Below, piece after piece: positions 48,389-58,586 of a stretch of DNA of 64,000 nucleotides (position 1 is the first letter of the stretch; each line of letters opens with the position of its first letter). This stretch comes from Vicinamibacteria bacterium (GTDB lineage Bacteria > Acidobacteriota > Vicinamibacteria > Marinacidobacterales > Marinacidobacteraceae): contig OY821641.1 in NCBI GenBank assembly GCA_963555995.3, positions 3,232,001 to 3,296,000 on the forward strand. The letters run 5' to 3'. Under the pieces are notes generated by a model that had not been told where the DNA came from, ran no database searches, and was given only the letters and a program-made list of their open reading frames with translations. The position numbers and the translations under genes are program-made.

Positions 48389-49741
48389 TCAGCCGTCCGC
48401 GGAACCAGGGGCGAACCGGTCGGCGGCCGGGGCGAACGCCTCGATCTCCTCGCCCCACTGGAAGGCGCCGGCCACCGATTCCTGAAGGGACAGCTTCACG
48501 ACCTCGCCGGGGTCCGGGAACAACCGCCGCTCGAGATCCGCGATCCGCTCGGGCTCCGAGCGGGTGCGGGGCGACCCGGCGATGAGGGCGCAGCAGTCCT
48601 TCGCCGGGACGGCGGAGATCTCCCAGGTGCCGATCGTCCGGGCCCGGTCCATGATCGCCACCTTGTCGAGCCCCACCAGCGGCCGCAGGACGGGCAGCGA
48701 GAGCGCGGCGTCCACGCTGATGAGGTTCTCGAGCGTCTGGGACGCGACCTGGGAGAGGCTGTCGCCGGTGGCCAGCGCCGCCGCGCCGAACTTCCGGGCC
48801 ACGGCTTGGCCGCAACGGAAGGCGAACCGCCGGAACAGCACGGCCTCGTGGCCGCTCCGGCTGCCGGTGAGCCGCAGGTCGAAGTGGGTGTACGGAACGA
48901 GCACCAGCCGCGAGCGACCGGTATAGCGCGAGAGGACGCGGACCAGGTCCGCCGCCTTGCGGGCGGTGGCGGAGGACGGGTCCGGGCGGGAGGGCGTGAG
49001 GTGGACGAAGTCGAGCGACGCTCCCCTGCCCGCCATCATCCAGGCCGCCACCGGCGAGTCGAACCCGCCGGAGAGCATCCCCACCAGCCGGCCCGCGACG
49101 CCGACCGGAAGCCCGCCGGGACCCTTCACGCGGCGCGTCCAGAGGTAGATGGCTTCCTCGTGAGGCTCGATGAAGACCGTCAGCGCCGGGTTCGACAGAT
49201 CCACCCGGTCCCAGGCGGTGCGCTCCAGGATGGCGCGCCCCACCGACTCGGCGATGGCCTGCGAGCGGATGGGGAAGTTCCGGTCCCGGCGCCGCACCCG
49301 CAGGGCGAAGCCCGTCTCGGGTTCCGGCCGCTCCCGGGCCGCCAGTCCGCAGGCGAGCGACGTCGTGTCGTCCAGCAGCCGGTCGGGTGAAAGGGCCTCG
49401 CCGCGCGGGCGGGGAATCACGAAACACGGCAGCGCCAATTCGACCCCGAAGATCGTGGAGATCACCGCGAGCGCCCGATCGAGCTCCGCGTCTTCTTCGG
49501 GCGGAACCTCGATCCAGACCCGGTCGCCCGCAGAACTCGCCCGCCAGCGCAGCCCGATGCCGCGGAGCCGCTGTCCCAGGTTGCGCTTCAGCGCTTCCCG
49601 GAAGGAGGGCCGGTTTCGGCCCTTGATACGGATCTCCGGCGAGCGGATGAGGATGCGCCGCGGTGCGTCCGGGGCCGGATGCGCGGCCGCGCCCGCGAGC
49701 GGCCCCGCTTCGGCTGGCGGGTGGGGAAGACGTTCCTGCAC
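48389..49741 (-). CDS. thiI: tRNA 4-thiouridine synthase (THUMP + PP-loop)
   Basis: EIRIKGRNR..F, GPGGLPVG, LSGGFDSPVA, TGDSLSQVASQTLEN, DCC; start approximate. Confidence 0.92.
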   Translation of the reverse strand: MQERLPHPPAEAGPLAGAAAHPAPDAPRRILIRSPEIRIKGRNRPSFREALKRNLGQRLRGIGLRWRASSAGDRVWIEVPPEEDAELDRALAVISTIFGVELALPCFVIPRPRGEALSPDRLLDDTTSLACGLAARERPEPETGFALRVRRRDRNFPIRSQAIAESVGRAILERTAWDRVDLSNPALTVFIEPHEEAIYLWTRRVKGPGGLPVGVAGRLVGMLSGGFDSPVAAWMMAGRGASLDFVHLTPSRPDPSSATARKAADLVRVLSRYTGRSRLVLVPYTHFDLRLTGSRSGHEAVLFRRFAFRCGQAVARKFGAAALATGDSLSQVASQTLENLISVDAALSLPVLRPLVGLDKVAIMDRARTIGTWEISAVPAKDCCALIAGSPRTRSEPERIADLERRLFPDPGEVVKLSLQESVAGAFQWGEEIEAFAPAADRFAPGSADG

Positions 49742-49860
49742 GGCGGGCCGGGAGTGTGCCCTCCCGAAGGCGATGGTACGCGGACCCGGCGTAGGGATTG
49801 AGGAACAGCCGGTGGCAAGAGTGCCGAGCGTTACGACGAGCGCTGACCTGCGGCCAGCGC

Positions 49861-49886
49861 GTGCCGCTCTGAAGAGCGGCGTTCCC
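49861..49886. repeat. REP arm with compensatory stem change, just downstream of tRNA-Lys
   Basis: gtgccgctctgaagagcggcgttccc versus the common gtgccggtctgaagaccggcgctccc. Confidence 0.8.
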
Positions 49887-49894
49887 GCATCGGG

Positions 49895-49971
<77 letters not shown>

Positions 49972-49989
49972 AACCCGATGCGACCACGC

Positions 49990-50066
49990 TGGTACGCCTG
50001 AGAGGATTCGAACCTCTGACTTCTTGCTCCGGAGGCAAGCGCTCTAATCCACTGAGCTACAGGCGC
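49990..50066 (-). tRNA. tRNA-Arg(CCG)
   Basis: GCGCCTGTAGCTCAGTGG...CTTGC-CTCCGGA-GCAAG...GGTTCGAATCC...CAGGCGTACCA; 77 nt. Confidence 0.97.
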
Positions 50067-50092
50067 TCCCAGCGGAACGCGGAAGGTTACCG

Positions 50093-51058
50093 CTACGGCC
50101 GCCCTCCGGCCAGCCGCCGGAGCAGTTCCTCCTTCAGTTGGGGATCCGGGGTATGGCACCAGGTCACGGGCCATCCCTCCGGCGCGTCGGTCCGGACGAG
50201 CCACGGTTTTGTCTCTCCGGTGTCCGAGTACCCGTCGGCGGGTCCCTCCCGGACGACCACCGAGGTCCGGTCGCAACGGAGGAGTTCCGGGGCCACCAGA
50301 AAGGACACCGCAAAGGAATCGAACGGATAGGTCGCCCGCCGCCCGTAGTGTTCGCCGAACCAGTCGAGATAGTCCTCGATCGGACGGCGGAAGAACTCCC
50401 CGAACGGGGTGTCCCAGACCGACGCCCATTCCTCCGCAGCGATCGGCAGCTTCGCGGCGAGTTCGAACGGGGCCAGGACCACCGGGGCGCCGCTTCCCAC
50501 GACGACCTCCGCCGCCTCCGGGTCCAGTTCGAAGTTGAAGTCGAGGAGGTTCGGGCCGCCGCCGGGGAACGTGAGGGCCTCCCCGGCGCGCCGGCCGATC
50601 ACCAGGATCACCGTCTCGAGGCGGCCCGCGAGGTCGGGCCGCTCCCGGAGGGCGGCGGCCACGTTGGTCGCCGGCCCGAGCGCCAGCACCGTGAGCGGTT
50701 CCCGTTCGAGCGCCGCGATGAGGGCGCGGGACGCCGGGGTCGGGTCCGGGGAAGACCAGGCGCTCCCCTGGTACACCCGGACGTCCTCCCGAGCGAAGCG
50801 GGCCACGATCTCCCAGGCGATGGCGTAGCCGCGCTCCACCGGCGCGTTCCCGAACACCACGCTCACCCCGGCGACCCGCAGCTCGGGCGAATGGAACGCC
50901 TGGACCATGGCGACCCCGTCGTCGGGCTCGTGACCGCCGGGCATGACCGCGGGGTCCACGTCGAGCCAGACGGCGCGGGGAGGCGGCGGACCGGCGGTTC
51001 CGGCGCAGGCGCCGGCGAGCAGCGCCCCCGCCGCCAGCGAAGCGCGCGCGGCGCTCAA
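50093..51058 (-). CDS. Nucleoside hydrolase (IU-NH family), lipoprotein
   Basis: WLDVDP...PDDG, SVVFGN, LGPATNVA, DFNFELDPEAA; lipobox LAGAC; TTGA coupling. Confidence 0.85.
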   Translation of the reverse strand: MSAARASLAAGALLAGACAGTAGPPPPRAVWLDVDPAVMPGGHEPDDGVAMVQAFHSPELRVAGVSVVFGNAPVERGYAIAWEIVARFAREDVRVYQGSAWSSPDPTPASRALIAALEREPLTVLALGPATNVAAALRERPDLAGRLETVILVIGRRAGEALTFPGGGPNLLDFNFELDPEAAEVVVGSGAPVVLAPFELAAKLPIAAEEWASVWDTPFGEFFRRPIEDYLDWFGEHYGRRATYPFDSFAVSFLVAPELLRCDRTSVVVREGPADGYSDTGETKPWLVRTDAPEGWPVTWCHTPDPQLKEELLRRLAGGRP

Positions 51059-52971
51059 ACCCCGACGGGGGTTCCGGCGGCGCGTTCTTCCACCGGAGCT
51101 TCGACCGCTGCCGGCGGGTCGTACGGATTCGGGACGCGGTCTTCCAGCAGGGTGGGGAAGCCGCCCTTCAGGAAGCCCTGGGCGAGCGCGTAGGTCTCCT
51201 CGTCCCGGTTCCGCCGGAGGCCGCGCCGCAACGCGCCGATGCGGACGCGCGAACCCGCGCAGAAGTCCTCGACCAGCGGCAGCACGTCTTCTTTCGGCTC
51301 GCCGCGGGCGAGGAGCGCCTCGGCGCGGACCACAGTGGCCACCTGCGCGTAGAGCTCCGCACCGAAGTCCACGAAGCGCCAGAGGAGCATCTGCCGCTTC
51401 TCCAAGCCGGGGCCGTATCGCAGCATCGCGTGGAAGAGGCTGCGCGCCAGCCGGCGGCTGCTCTTCGCCACGAAACGGAGATGGCGCCGCGCCCAGGCCT
51501 CGCCGCCGGAGGGTGCTCCGGCCGGCAGCCACTGCCGCAGGTACCAGGGGACGTAGAAGAGCGCGGCGCGGACGGCAGTCGCGAGCCGCTTCGAGAGCGG
51601 CAGCGAGGGGTTCATGACCGCCCCCGCCCGGCTCAGGTGCGGGTCCATGACCTCGCGCGCGATGAAGAGGCGCAGGATCTCGCTCGAACCCTCGAAGATC
51701 GTGTTGATCCGGTTGTCGCGGAGCGTCCGTTCCGCCGGGAACGGCCGCTCGCCCCGCGCGGCGAGCGACCGGGCAGTCTCGTAGCCCCGTCCGCCCAATA
51801 CCTGGACGGTCTCGTCGGCGATCCGCCACGCCGCCTCGCTCGCGTACATCTTGGAGATGGCGGCCTCGATGCGGATGTCCGCCCCGCCGATGTCCACGAG
51901 CAGCGAGGTGAGATCGGACATTGCGTCCATGGCGAAGGTCGTCGAGGCCATCCGCCCGATCTTGTCGGCGATCGCCGCGTGCTCGCCGATCGGCGCTCCC
52001 CACTGCACCCGCTCCCGCGCCCAGGTCCGGGAGATGTAGAGCGAGCGCTTGGCGGTCCCGATGCAGATCCCGGGGAGGGTGAGCCGTCCCGTGTTCAGCG
52101 TCGTGAGGGCGACCCGCAGCCCCTTCCCGACCGGGCCCAGGACGTTCTCGCGGGGAATCCGGACGTCGGTGAACCGCATCACCCCGTTGTAGAGCGCCTT
52201 GAGCCCCATGAAGCGGCAGCGGCGCACGACTTCGACGCCCGGCCAGCGCGTGTCCACGATGAAGGTGGTGATGCCGGCCCGGCCGCCGGGCGTCTCGGCC
52301 GGCGTGCGCGCCATCACCACCAGCCAGCGCGCCTTCGTGCCGTTCGTGCACCAGAGCTTCTCGCCGTTCAGGACGAAGAACCGGCCGTCCGGGGTCGGCT
52401 CGGCGTGCGCCTGCATGCGGGCGGCGTCGGAGCCCACCGTGGTCTCGGTGAGCGCGAACGCCGAAATGTCGCCAGCCGCCACCTGGGGCAGGAACTCCGC
52501 CTTCTGTTCCTCGGTTCCGAACAACAGGATGGGCTGGGCGATCCCGATGGACTGGTGGGCCGAGAGGAGCGAGGCCAGGTTCCCGCAGTGGCTGCCGAGG
52601 AGGATGGCGGCCCGGGTGTAGGTCCGCTGCGACAGGCCGAGCCCTCCGTAACGCGTGGGGATCTTGATCCCGAAGGCGCCCATCGCCGCCAGGTCCCCGA
52701 GCACCCGGTCGGGAATCTCGCCGGTGCGGTCAATCTCGTCGGCGTCCACCTCCTCGAGGAGATACGACTCCAGCCGCCCGAGGAAGGCTTCTCCCTCCGG
52801 CTCGACCCCACTGTCGGGGTAGGGGCGCACGATCCCGGTGGACAGCCGCCCGAGGAAGAGCCCCCCGGCGAAGGTCGGGTAGCGCCATCCCGTCTCGCGC
52901 GCCGCCTCCGCGAGTTCGAACGCGGCGCGCTTGCCGGCCGACATCCGGGACGTGTCGATCGCGGTGGTCAT
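51055..52971 (-). CDS. Acyl-CoA dehydrogenase
   Basis: AFALTE..VGSDA, LNGEKLWCTNG, RVQWG, LGGRGY, INTIFEGSSEI. Confidence 0.95.
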   Translation of the reverse strand: MTTAIDTSRMSAGKRAAFELAEAARETGWRYPTFAGGLFLGRLSTGIVRPYPDSGVEPEGEAFLGRLESYLLEEVDADEIDRTGEIPDRVLGDLAAMGAFGIKIPTRYGGLGLSQRTYTRAAILLGSHCGNLASLLSAHQSIGIAQPILLFGTEEQKAEFLPQVAAGDISAFALTETTVGSDAARMQAHAEPTPDGRFFVLNGEKLWCTNGTKARWLVVMARTPAETPGGRAGITTFIVDTRWPGVEVVRRCRFMGLKALYNGVMRFTDVRIPRENVLGPVGKGLRVALTTLNTGRLTLPGICIGTAKRSLYISRTWARERVQWGAPIGEHAAIADKIGRMASTTFAMDAMSDLTSLLVDIGGADIRIEAAISKMYASEAAWRIADETVQVLGGRGYETARSLAARGERPFPAERTLRDNRINTIFEGSSEILRLFIAREVMDPHLSRAGAVMNPSLPLSKRLATAVRAALFYVPWYLRQWLPAGAPSGGEAWARRHLRFVAKSSRRLARSLFHAMLRYGPGLEKRQMLLWRFVDFGAELYAQVATVVRAEALLARGEPKEDVLPLVEDFCAGSRVRIGALRRGLRRNRDEETYALAQGFLKGGFPTLLEDRVPNPYDPPAAVEAPVEERAAGTPVGV

Positions 52972-53147
52972 GGCGGGCTCCCGATTCTACGCGCCTCACG
53001 GTCGCGCCGGGCGTTGAGCCCCGCTATCCTCCAAGGCACGGACTTCGGCTGGCGGACCCCCTTGGGTGGCGGGGCTGTTTCTCCGATTTGCCTTTCGGAA
53101 TGTTCCGGGACGCCGATCCGCCGAGCAGTCCGACGGGAGGAGATCCG

Positions 53148-53582
53148 ATGACCAGCCTGCTAGCGATGCTTCTCGCGCTGCCCAGCGCAGTCGAGTGGAA
53201 GACCTTCGAGTACATGGGGGTGCACGGAGCCGAATTCGTCGTCGGCGCCCACACCGGGATCATGGTCCAGTGCAACGAGGAGCAGGAGCAGATCCTCCTG
53301 ACCGTCCACGTCCCGCACGGAGACAACGCCCCGTCCCGGCGGCAGCAGCGGACGCTCTACGTGCAGCTCGACGGCGGGGACACCCGGACCATCGAAAAGA
53401 CGGAGGACCGGCCCTTTCCCGGGGTCTTCCAGTTCGAGCCGGAGGAATGGCTCGTGGACTTCCTGCTCGCCGGCGGCAGCCTGGCGGTTCGCTTCGAGGG
53501 CGAGACGATGGAGGCGCCGGTGGACGCGGCCATCATGGAGACGACCCTCGACCACTGCACGGGCGGCGTGCACGTCCACTGA
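53148..53582 (+). CDS. Hypothetical protein, possibly exported
   Basis: GGAGGAG RBS, hydrophobic N-terminus, host-like codon usage, two Cys. Confidence 0.65.
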   Translation: MTSLLAMLLALPSAVEWKTFEYMGVHGAEFVVGAHTGIMVQCNEEQEQILLTVHVPHGDNAPSRRQQRTLYVQLDGGDTRTIEKTEDRPFPGVFQFEPEEWLVDFLLAGGSLAVRFEGETMEAPVDAAIMETTLDHCTGGVHVH

Positions 53583-53668
53583 ACTGAACAGCCTGTAGCA
53601 ACCCCCGCGGCCCCGGTGCTGCGAAAACGCAGTCGTGCGGGGTTGCCCAACAGCCCTGATGGCGCCGT

Positions 53669-53834
53669 CGGCCTGGAACGCCGGCTTCAGCCGGCACAGC
53701 GGCCCGCAGGGCCGCGGGCGGTTCGTCGCTATCCCGGGTGCATTGGCGCGCAGCCGCGCCATCCCGGCGAATGAGGTCCGTCTCGCCGCCCGCCTACGGC
53801 GGGCTGTGCCGGCTGAAGCCGGCGTTCCAAGCCG
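53669..53834. repeat. REP doublet (core beta) between convergent genes
   Basis: Inverted arms; core closely similar to 30779-30945. Confidence 0.93.
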
Positions 53835-53865
53835 GTTCCCGCCACCCGGGGCTCCGGTCCCCGAG

Positions 53866-54036
53866 TCAGGCGCCGAGCATCTCGGCGATCTGAACGCCGA
53901 GAAAGTACGGCCACACGGCGAGCGCGAGAAGCCCGCGCCAGAAGCCAAGGTCCAGGAAGCCGATCGAGAACAGCCATCCGGTCATCCAGATCCCGAACCC
54001 GAGTCCTCCCTGCTCGATCCTGATCCGCTCGGTCAT
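53866..54036 (-). CDS. Small membrane protein
   Basis: 56 aa, G.W..GWLFSIGFL.LGFW.G.LA...WPYFLG; GGAGGAGG RBS. Confidence 0.7.
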   Translation of the reverse strand: MTERIRIEQGGLGFGIWMTGWLFSIGFLDLGFWRGLLALAVWPYFLGVQIAEMLGA

Positions 54037-54078
54037 TCGGGAACCCTCCTCCACCATGCCGGTAGTCCGGTAGTGATG

Positions 54079-54915
54079 CTACCCCGGCTTCGCTTCCGGC
54101 GGACGGCCGGAGAAGGTGTCCATGGCGACGTGGATCCCGAAGAACGAGGCGATCGGATCGAGCCAGCGGGCGGGGAGCAGGCGGAGCAGTTTCAGCGAGT
54201 GGACGAACCGGGGAAGGACGACCACCGCGCGGTTCCTCTCGACCGCGCGGATGACGGCGGCGGCGACCCGCTCCGGTTCCAGGATCGGCAACAGCAAGGG
54301 GAAGCGGGTGCGAACTCCGGCGAACATGCCGGTGCCCACGAAGAACGGGCAGATCAGGCTGGTTCCGACGCCGGGGGCCGTCCGGCGCAACTCCGCCCGC
54401 AGCGATTCGTGGAAGCCGACCGCGCCGAACTTGGAAGCGCAGTAGTCCGACAGGCCCGAGACGCCGATCAGGCCGCCCGCCGACGCCATGGTCACCACGT
54501 GTCCGGCGCCCGCTTCGATCATCGCCGGAAGGAACGCGCGGGATGTCCAGAAGAGCGCCGCGGTGTTGACCCGCAGGGTGCGCTGCACCTGTTCCGGCGA
54601 CAGCTCCGTCAGCGGTTTCCCGGAGACCACTCCGGCGTTGTTGACCAGGACGTCCACGTTCCCAAGGGAACCCCCGAGGCGCGCCGCCGCTTCCAGAACC
54701 GCATCGGGGGCGCCCACGTCCACGACGTCCGACACCACAAGCTGGTCCTCGCTCGCCCGGGCGGCGGCAACGCGCCCCGCGGCATCGGGGAGCGCCTTGC
54801 CGTTCATGTCCCAGATGCCGACGTGGGCGCCCCGGGCCGCAGCGCGCTCGGCGATGAGCAGTCCCATGCCCCGCGCCCCACCCGTGACGAGGAGGCGGCG
54901 GCCTTCCAGTTTCAC
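54079..54915 (-). CDS. Short-chain dehydrogenase/reductase
   Basis: TGGARGMG, NNAG, YCASK. Confidence 0.93.
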   Translation of the reverse strand: MKLEGRRLLVTGGARGMGLLIAERAAARGAHVGIWDMNGKALPDAAGRVAAARASEDQLVVSDVVDVGAPDAVLEAAARLGGSLGNVDVLVNNAGVVSGKPLTELSPEQVQRTLRVNTAALFWTSRAFLPAMIEAGAGHVVTMASAGGLIGVSGLSDYCASKFGAVGFHESLRAELRRTAPGVGTSLICPFFVGTGMFAGVRTRFPLLLPILEPERVAAAVIRAVERNRAVVVLPRFVHSLKLLRLLPARWLDPIASFFGIHVAMDTFSGRPPEAKPG

Positions 54916-56360
54916 CGGGAGTCACCCGCCGGACGCGCGAAATACGGCGTGAGCGCCGACTCCGGGGGAGGGGCGGTGAACCGGCTGACCGCCACCCCCA
55001 GCACGAGGGAAACCAGCACCCCCGGGGCCGCCGGATGGACCAGTTCCGGGCCCCAGCCGGGCCACGGGAGCGCCCCGCTCTGCCAGACGAAGACCCCCGC
55101 CACCCCTCCCACCATGGCGGCCAGCGCGCCCTCCCGGGTGAGACCGCGCCAGAGGACGCCGAGGACGACCGGCACGAAGAACGCGCTCGCCATGATCGCG
55201 GTGAAGAGCAGCACGATGAACTGCACCAGTTCCCCCTCGCCGACGCCGCTCAGGATCAGCACCAGCGGCGCGATGCCGACGATCAGGATCCCGAGCCGCG
55301 CCGCCAGCATCCGCGCCCGCGGGCCGGCCCCGGGCCGGAAAACGCCCAGGAGATCGTGGGAGAGCGCCGATCCGGCCACCAGCAGCAGCGAGTCCACGGT
55401 GGACATGATCGCCGAAACCACCGCGGCCAGCAGCACCGTCCCCAGGATGGGGGGCAGCGCGTAGGAGGCGATCAGCGGCATGGCCAGATCCCCGCTCGGG
55501 AGGATCGGGAACAGTCCCATGGCCCCGAGCGCGATGAGGAAGACCAGCAGGTTCACCCCGGTGGCCACGATCATGGCGAGGAACAGGCCCCGCCGGATCT
55601 CCCGCTGGCCGCGCATCGCGTAGAGACGCACGAGCTTCTCGGGGGTGGCGACCCCTCCCAGCAGGAAGGAGATCCCCATCGTGAAGAGCAGCACCCCGGG
55701 AAGGGCGCCGAACTCGAAGGCTTCGGGCCGCAGGGTCTCGACGGCCGCGAACAGCGGACCCGGCCCCCCGAGCAGCCGGAAGACCATCGGGACCGCCACC
55801 AGGGCGCCGATCACCATGACGACCAACTGCACGAGGTCGGTATAGACCACCGCGACCATGCCGCCGATCGCGGTGTAGGCGAGCAGGATGACGGTGAAGA
55901 ACACCATCCCCCAGACCGCCGGAATCCCGAACACGGTCTCGGCGATCAGCCCGCCGGCGATCACCTGCGCCTGCACGTACACGGTGGCCGCGATCAGGAT
56001 CACCACCGCGGCGAGCGCCCGCGCCCGCCGGCTGTAGTAGCGCCGCTCGATGAACGCCGGCAGCGTCAGTTCCCGGGTGCGGGCGAAGCGCGGACCCAGG
56101 AATCCGGCCATGAACCAGTAGCTGAGCGGGATGAACAGCACGAGCCAGGTGAACTCCCAGCCCACCGTGTGGATCACCCCGACGGTGCCGATGTAGGTGC
56201 CGGCGCTCGCGTGGGTGGCGGCGAGCGTCGCGCCGCCAAGCAGCCAGCCGAGCTTGCCCCCGGCGATCCAGTAGTCGCCCTCGGTGCGCGTCCGCCGGAG
56301 CGCCACCGCCCCGATGGCGAAGATCGCCGCGAGGTAGGCGCCGAAGACGATCGCCGTCAA
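54912..56360 (-). CDS. Sodium:solute symporter family transporter
   Basis: DYWIAG, YTAIGGMVAVVYTD, SAIMSTVDSLLL; many TM helices; TTGA coupling. Confidence 0.93.
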   Translation of the reverse strand: MTAIVFGAYLAAIFAIGAVALRRTRTEGDYWIAGGKLGWLLGGATLAATHASAGTYIGTVGVIHTVGWEFTWLVLFIPLSYWFMAGFLGPRFARTRELTLPAFIERRYYSRRARALAAVVILIAATVYVQAQVIAGGLIAETVFGIPAVWGMVFFTVILLAYTAIGGMVAVVYTDLVQLVVMVIGALVAVPMVFRLLGGPGPLFAAVETLRPEAFEFGALPGVLLFTMGISFLLGGVATPEKLVRLYAMRGQREIRRGLFLAMIVATGVNLLVFLIALGAMGLFPILPSGDLAMPLIASYALPPILGTVLLAAVVSAIMSTVDSLLLVAGSALSHDLLGVFRPGAGPRARMLAARLGILIVGIAPLVLILSGVGEGELVQFIVLLFTAIMASAFFVPVVLGVLWRGLTREGALAAMVGGVAGVFVWQSGALPWPGWGPELVHPAAPGVLVSLVLGVAVSRFTAPPPESALTPYFARPAGDSR

Positions 56361-56482
56361 CGCAGGCCGTCCCCGGGGTGTTCGCGGGACTCCCGGCGTT
56401 CGAGCCGCCGCATCCAGAACCAGTAGGCAACGAGGATGGCGCCGAAGACCGCGAACAGTCCCCAGAAGGAAAACCGGGTCAT
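56357..56482 (-). CDS. 41-aa single-TM small protein (symporter accessory-like)
   Basis: MTRFSFWGLFAVFGAILVAYWFWMRR...; 4-bp overlaps with both neighbours. Confidence 0.7.
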   Translation of the reverse strand: MTRFSFWGLFAVFGAILVAYWFWMRRLERRESREHPGDGLR

Positions 56483-57090
56483 CGCGGATCGCCCGCGTCC
56501 GGAACGGCTGGCCGCAGCAGGCGGCGGATTCCGAAGACACCGAGACCGATCAGCAGGAGGGCGACCGCCCCGTCCACCAGGCCGGCCAGCCCGATGGTCC
56601 TGGCATCCTCCGGCTCGACCCGGAACCGGATCAGGGAGGGCGGCGCGGGAAGCGCCAGCCGGACCGCTCCGCCGTCCGCGCCGCCCACCGTTCCGGCCGG
56701 GAAGATGTCCACAATCCGGTAGCCCGGCGACGGAGCGATCTCCGCCGCGAACGACAGATCGGTTCCCGGCGGGGGCAGCGCGTCCGGGATCGGGATCGGC
56801 ACCCGCAGCCAGCCGTCCGGCCCCGCCGCGACCTCGCCCGCGAACACCAGCCCGCCGCCGGGGTCCGGTTCGGGAACCATCGCCGTCCGGCGCCACCCCC
56901 GCTCCGGGTCACCGGTCAGGCCGTGGAACCCCGACGTCCCCGCCAGACCGCTGTCCGCGGGAATGCGGGTGCGGACCGTTGCCCGGCCGGCGCTCTGGAG
57001 TTCGACCCCCGCCTCGATCGCCGGCTGCGCGGCGACGGAAAGCGTCGGCGCGACCAGCAGGCACAGCAGGCCCGCAAAGGCGCGGGTCAC
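56479..57090 (-). CDS. Hypothetical exported protein with C-terminal membrane anchor
   Basis: Signal peptide, C-terminal TM helix followed by RR; coupled at both ends. Confidence 0.72.
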   Translation of the reverse strand: MTRAFAGLLCLLVAPTLSVAAQPAIEAGVELQSAGRATVRTRIPADSGLAGTSGFHGLTGDPERGWRRTAMVPEPDPGGGLVFAGEVAAGPDGWLRVPIPIPDALPPPGTDLSFAAEIAPSPGYRIVDIFPAGTVGGADGGAVRLALPAPPSLIRFRVEPEDARTIGLAGLVDGAVALLLIGLGVFGIRRLLRPAVPDAGDPR

Positions 57091-58304
57091 GCCCAGACGT
57101 CCCGCAGCACCCGGAGCGCGTTCCCGCCCATCACCTTGCCGATGTCCTCGTCGGAGTAGCCGTGCTTCACCAGCCAGCGCAGGATGTTCGTCGAGCCCTC
57201 CACCGGGTTCTCGATCCCGGCGACGTAGGGCACCCGGTCGAAGTCGGGCGCCCCGCTGCCGGTGCTGGCCTTCCGGATGGAGAGCGCGGCGGCATAGACC
57301 CCGTGGAGCCCCACATGGTCGCCGAACACCGTGTCCGGCCCGAAACCGACGTAGTCCACCCCCACGAGGTCCTTCACGTACTCGAAATGCTCCATGAAGG
57401 ACTCGAGGTCGTGCCGGGGGTGGTTCTTCGTGAGCGTGGTGTGCGGGGCGGCCTCGATCCCGATGATGCCGCCCTTGCCGGCGCAGGCTTTCAGCACGTC
57501 GTCCGGGGCCATCCGCCGGGTGTTCCAGAGCGCGCGGGCGCCGATGTGGGTGATCGAGACGGGCTTCTCACTCGCCGCGATGACGTCGAGGGTCGTCCGG
57601 TCGCCGCAGTGCGCGGTGTCAATCAGCATCCCGACCTTGTTCATCCGCTCGACGACCTGGTGCCCGAACGCGGTCAGCCCCCCGTCGTTCGCTTCCTTCA
57701 ACCCGCTCCCGAGCGCGTTCGACTCACTGTAGGTGATCCCCATCTCCCGCACCCCGAAGCCGTGGAGGACCTCCACGCGGTCGAGTTCGTTCTCGATGGG
57801 CGCCGCGCCCTCGATGGCCGCCACCCAGGCGATCCGCCCCTCGGCGTGCGCCCGGAGGATGTCGTCCACGGTCTTGCAGTGGATGAGGAAGTCCTGGTGG
57901 GCGATGTCCGCGAGCCGCATCCCGAGGTCGTGCAGGACCTCGTTCCACTTCCAGCCCGTCCGCGACTCGATCCGGCAGATCCCGTCGAGCAGGTTGTCGA
58001 ACACGCAGTCCCAGTCCGACCGGGCGAGCGCATCAAAGGGGGTGAAGACCCGCCCCTCGCGCACGTAGGCGGGCGTCCGGTGGATGTCCCGCGGAAAGCT
58101 GCCGAGATGTTCGTGCAGCGAGACCAGCACCAGCTCGCCGGCGAGGCGCTCCGCGCGCGCCTCCTCATCGGCCGACAGCGGCACCGGGTGCGCCGGAAAG
58201 AGTTCGGCGTCCTCCACCAGGTCTTCCGGGCGGTAGTCCTCCCCCGGAACCAGGTAGCCGAACGACCGGTACCCACCCGCGCCCCGCTTGTTACGTCCCA
58301 TCAA
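57087..58304 (-). CDS. Membrane dipeptidase family (M19) metallopeptidase
   Basis: SLHEH, IEGA, GGLTAFG..VV.RMNKVGMLIDTAH, ITH, VGVDYVGFGPD, MGGNALRV. Confidence 0.9.
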   Translation of the reverse strand: MMGRNKRGAGGYRSFGYLVPGEDYRPEDLVEDAELFPAHPVPLSADEEARAERLAGELVLVSLHEHLGSFPRDIHRTPAYVREGRVFTPFDALARSDWDCVFDNLLDGICRIESRTGWKWNEVLHDLGMRLADIAHQDFLIHCKTVDDILRAHAEGRIAWVAAIEGAAPIENELDRVEVLHGFGVREMGITYSESNALGSGLKEANDGGLTAFGHQVVERMNKVGMLIDTAHCGDRTTLDVIAASEKPVSITHIGARALWNTRRMAPDDVLKACAGKGGIIGIEAAPHTTLTKNHPRHDLESFMEHFEYVKDLVGVDYVGFGPDTVFGDHVGLHGVYAAALSIRKASTGSGAPDFDRVPYVAGIENPVEGSTNILRWLVKHGYSDEDIGKVMGGNALRVLRDVWA

Positions 58305-58586
58305 CCGATGCTACCAGTGGGCGCCACACCGGCTTGGAACGCCGGTCTCCAGACCGGCACCCGCGGCGCTCCGCGCCGCGCACGTCCCTACTCCACCCGC
58401 AAAGACGACCCCCAAATCGGCGCAAACCTCAACCCCGCCGCCGACACGCACGCCTTGGAACGCCGGTCTCCAGACCGGCACGCGCGGTGTCAAACGACAG
58501 GTAAAGATCGGGCTTAAACGACACGAACTTTGTCACCTGTTTGCGTCGTTGGCTGAGGCTTCGGTTCTCGCTTCAGGGGGACCGCC

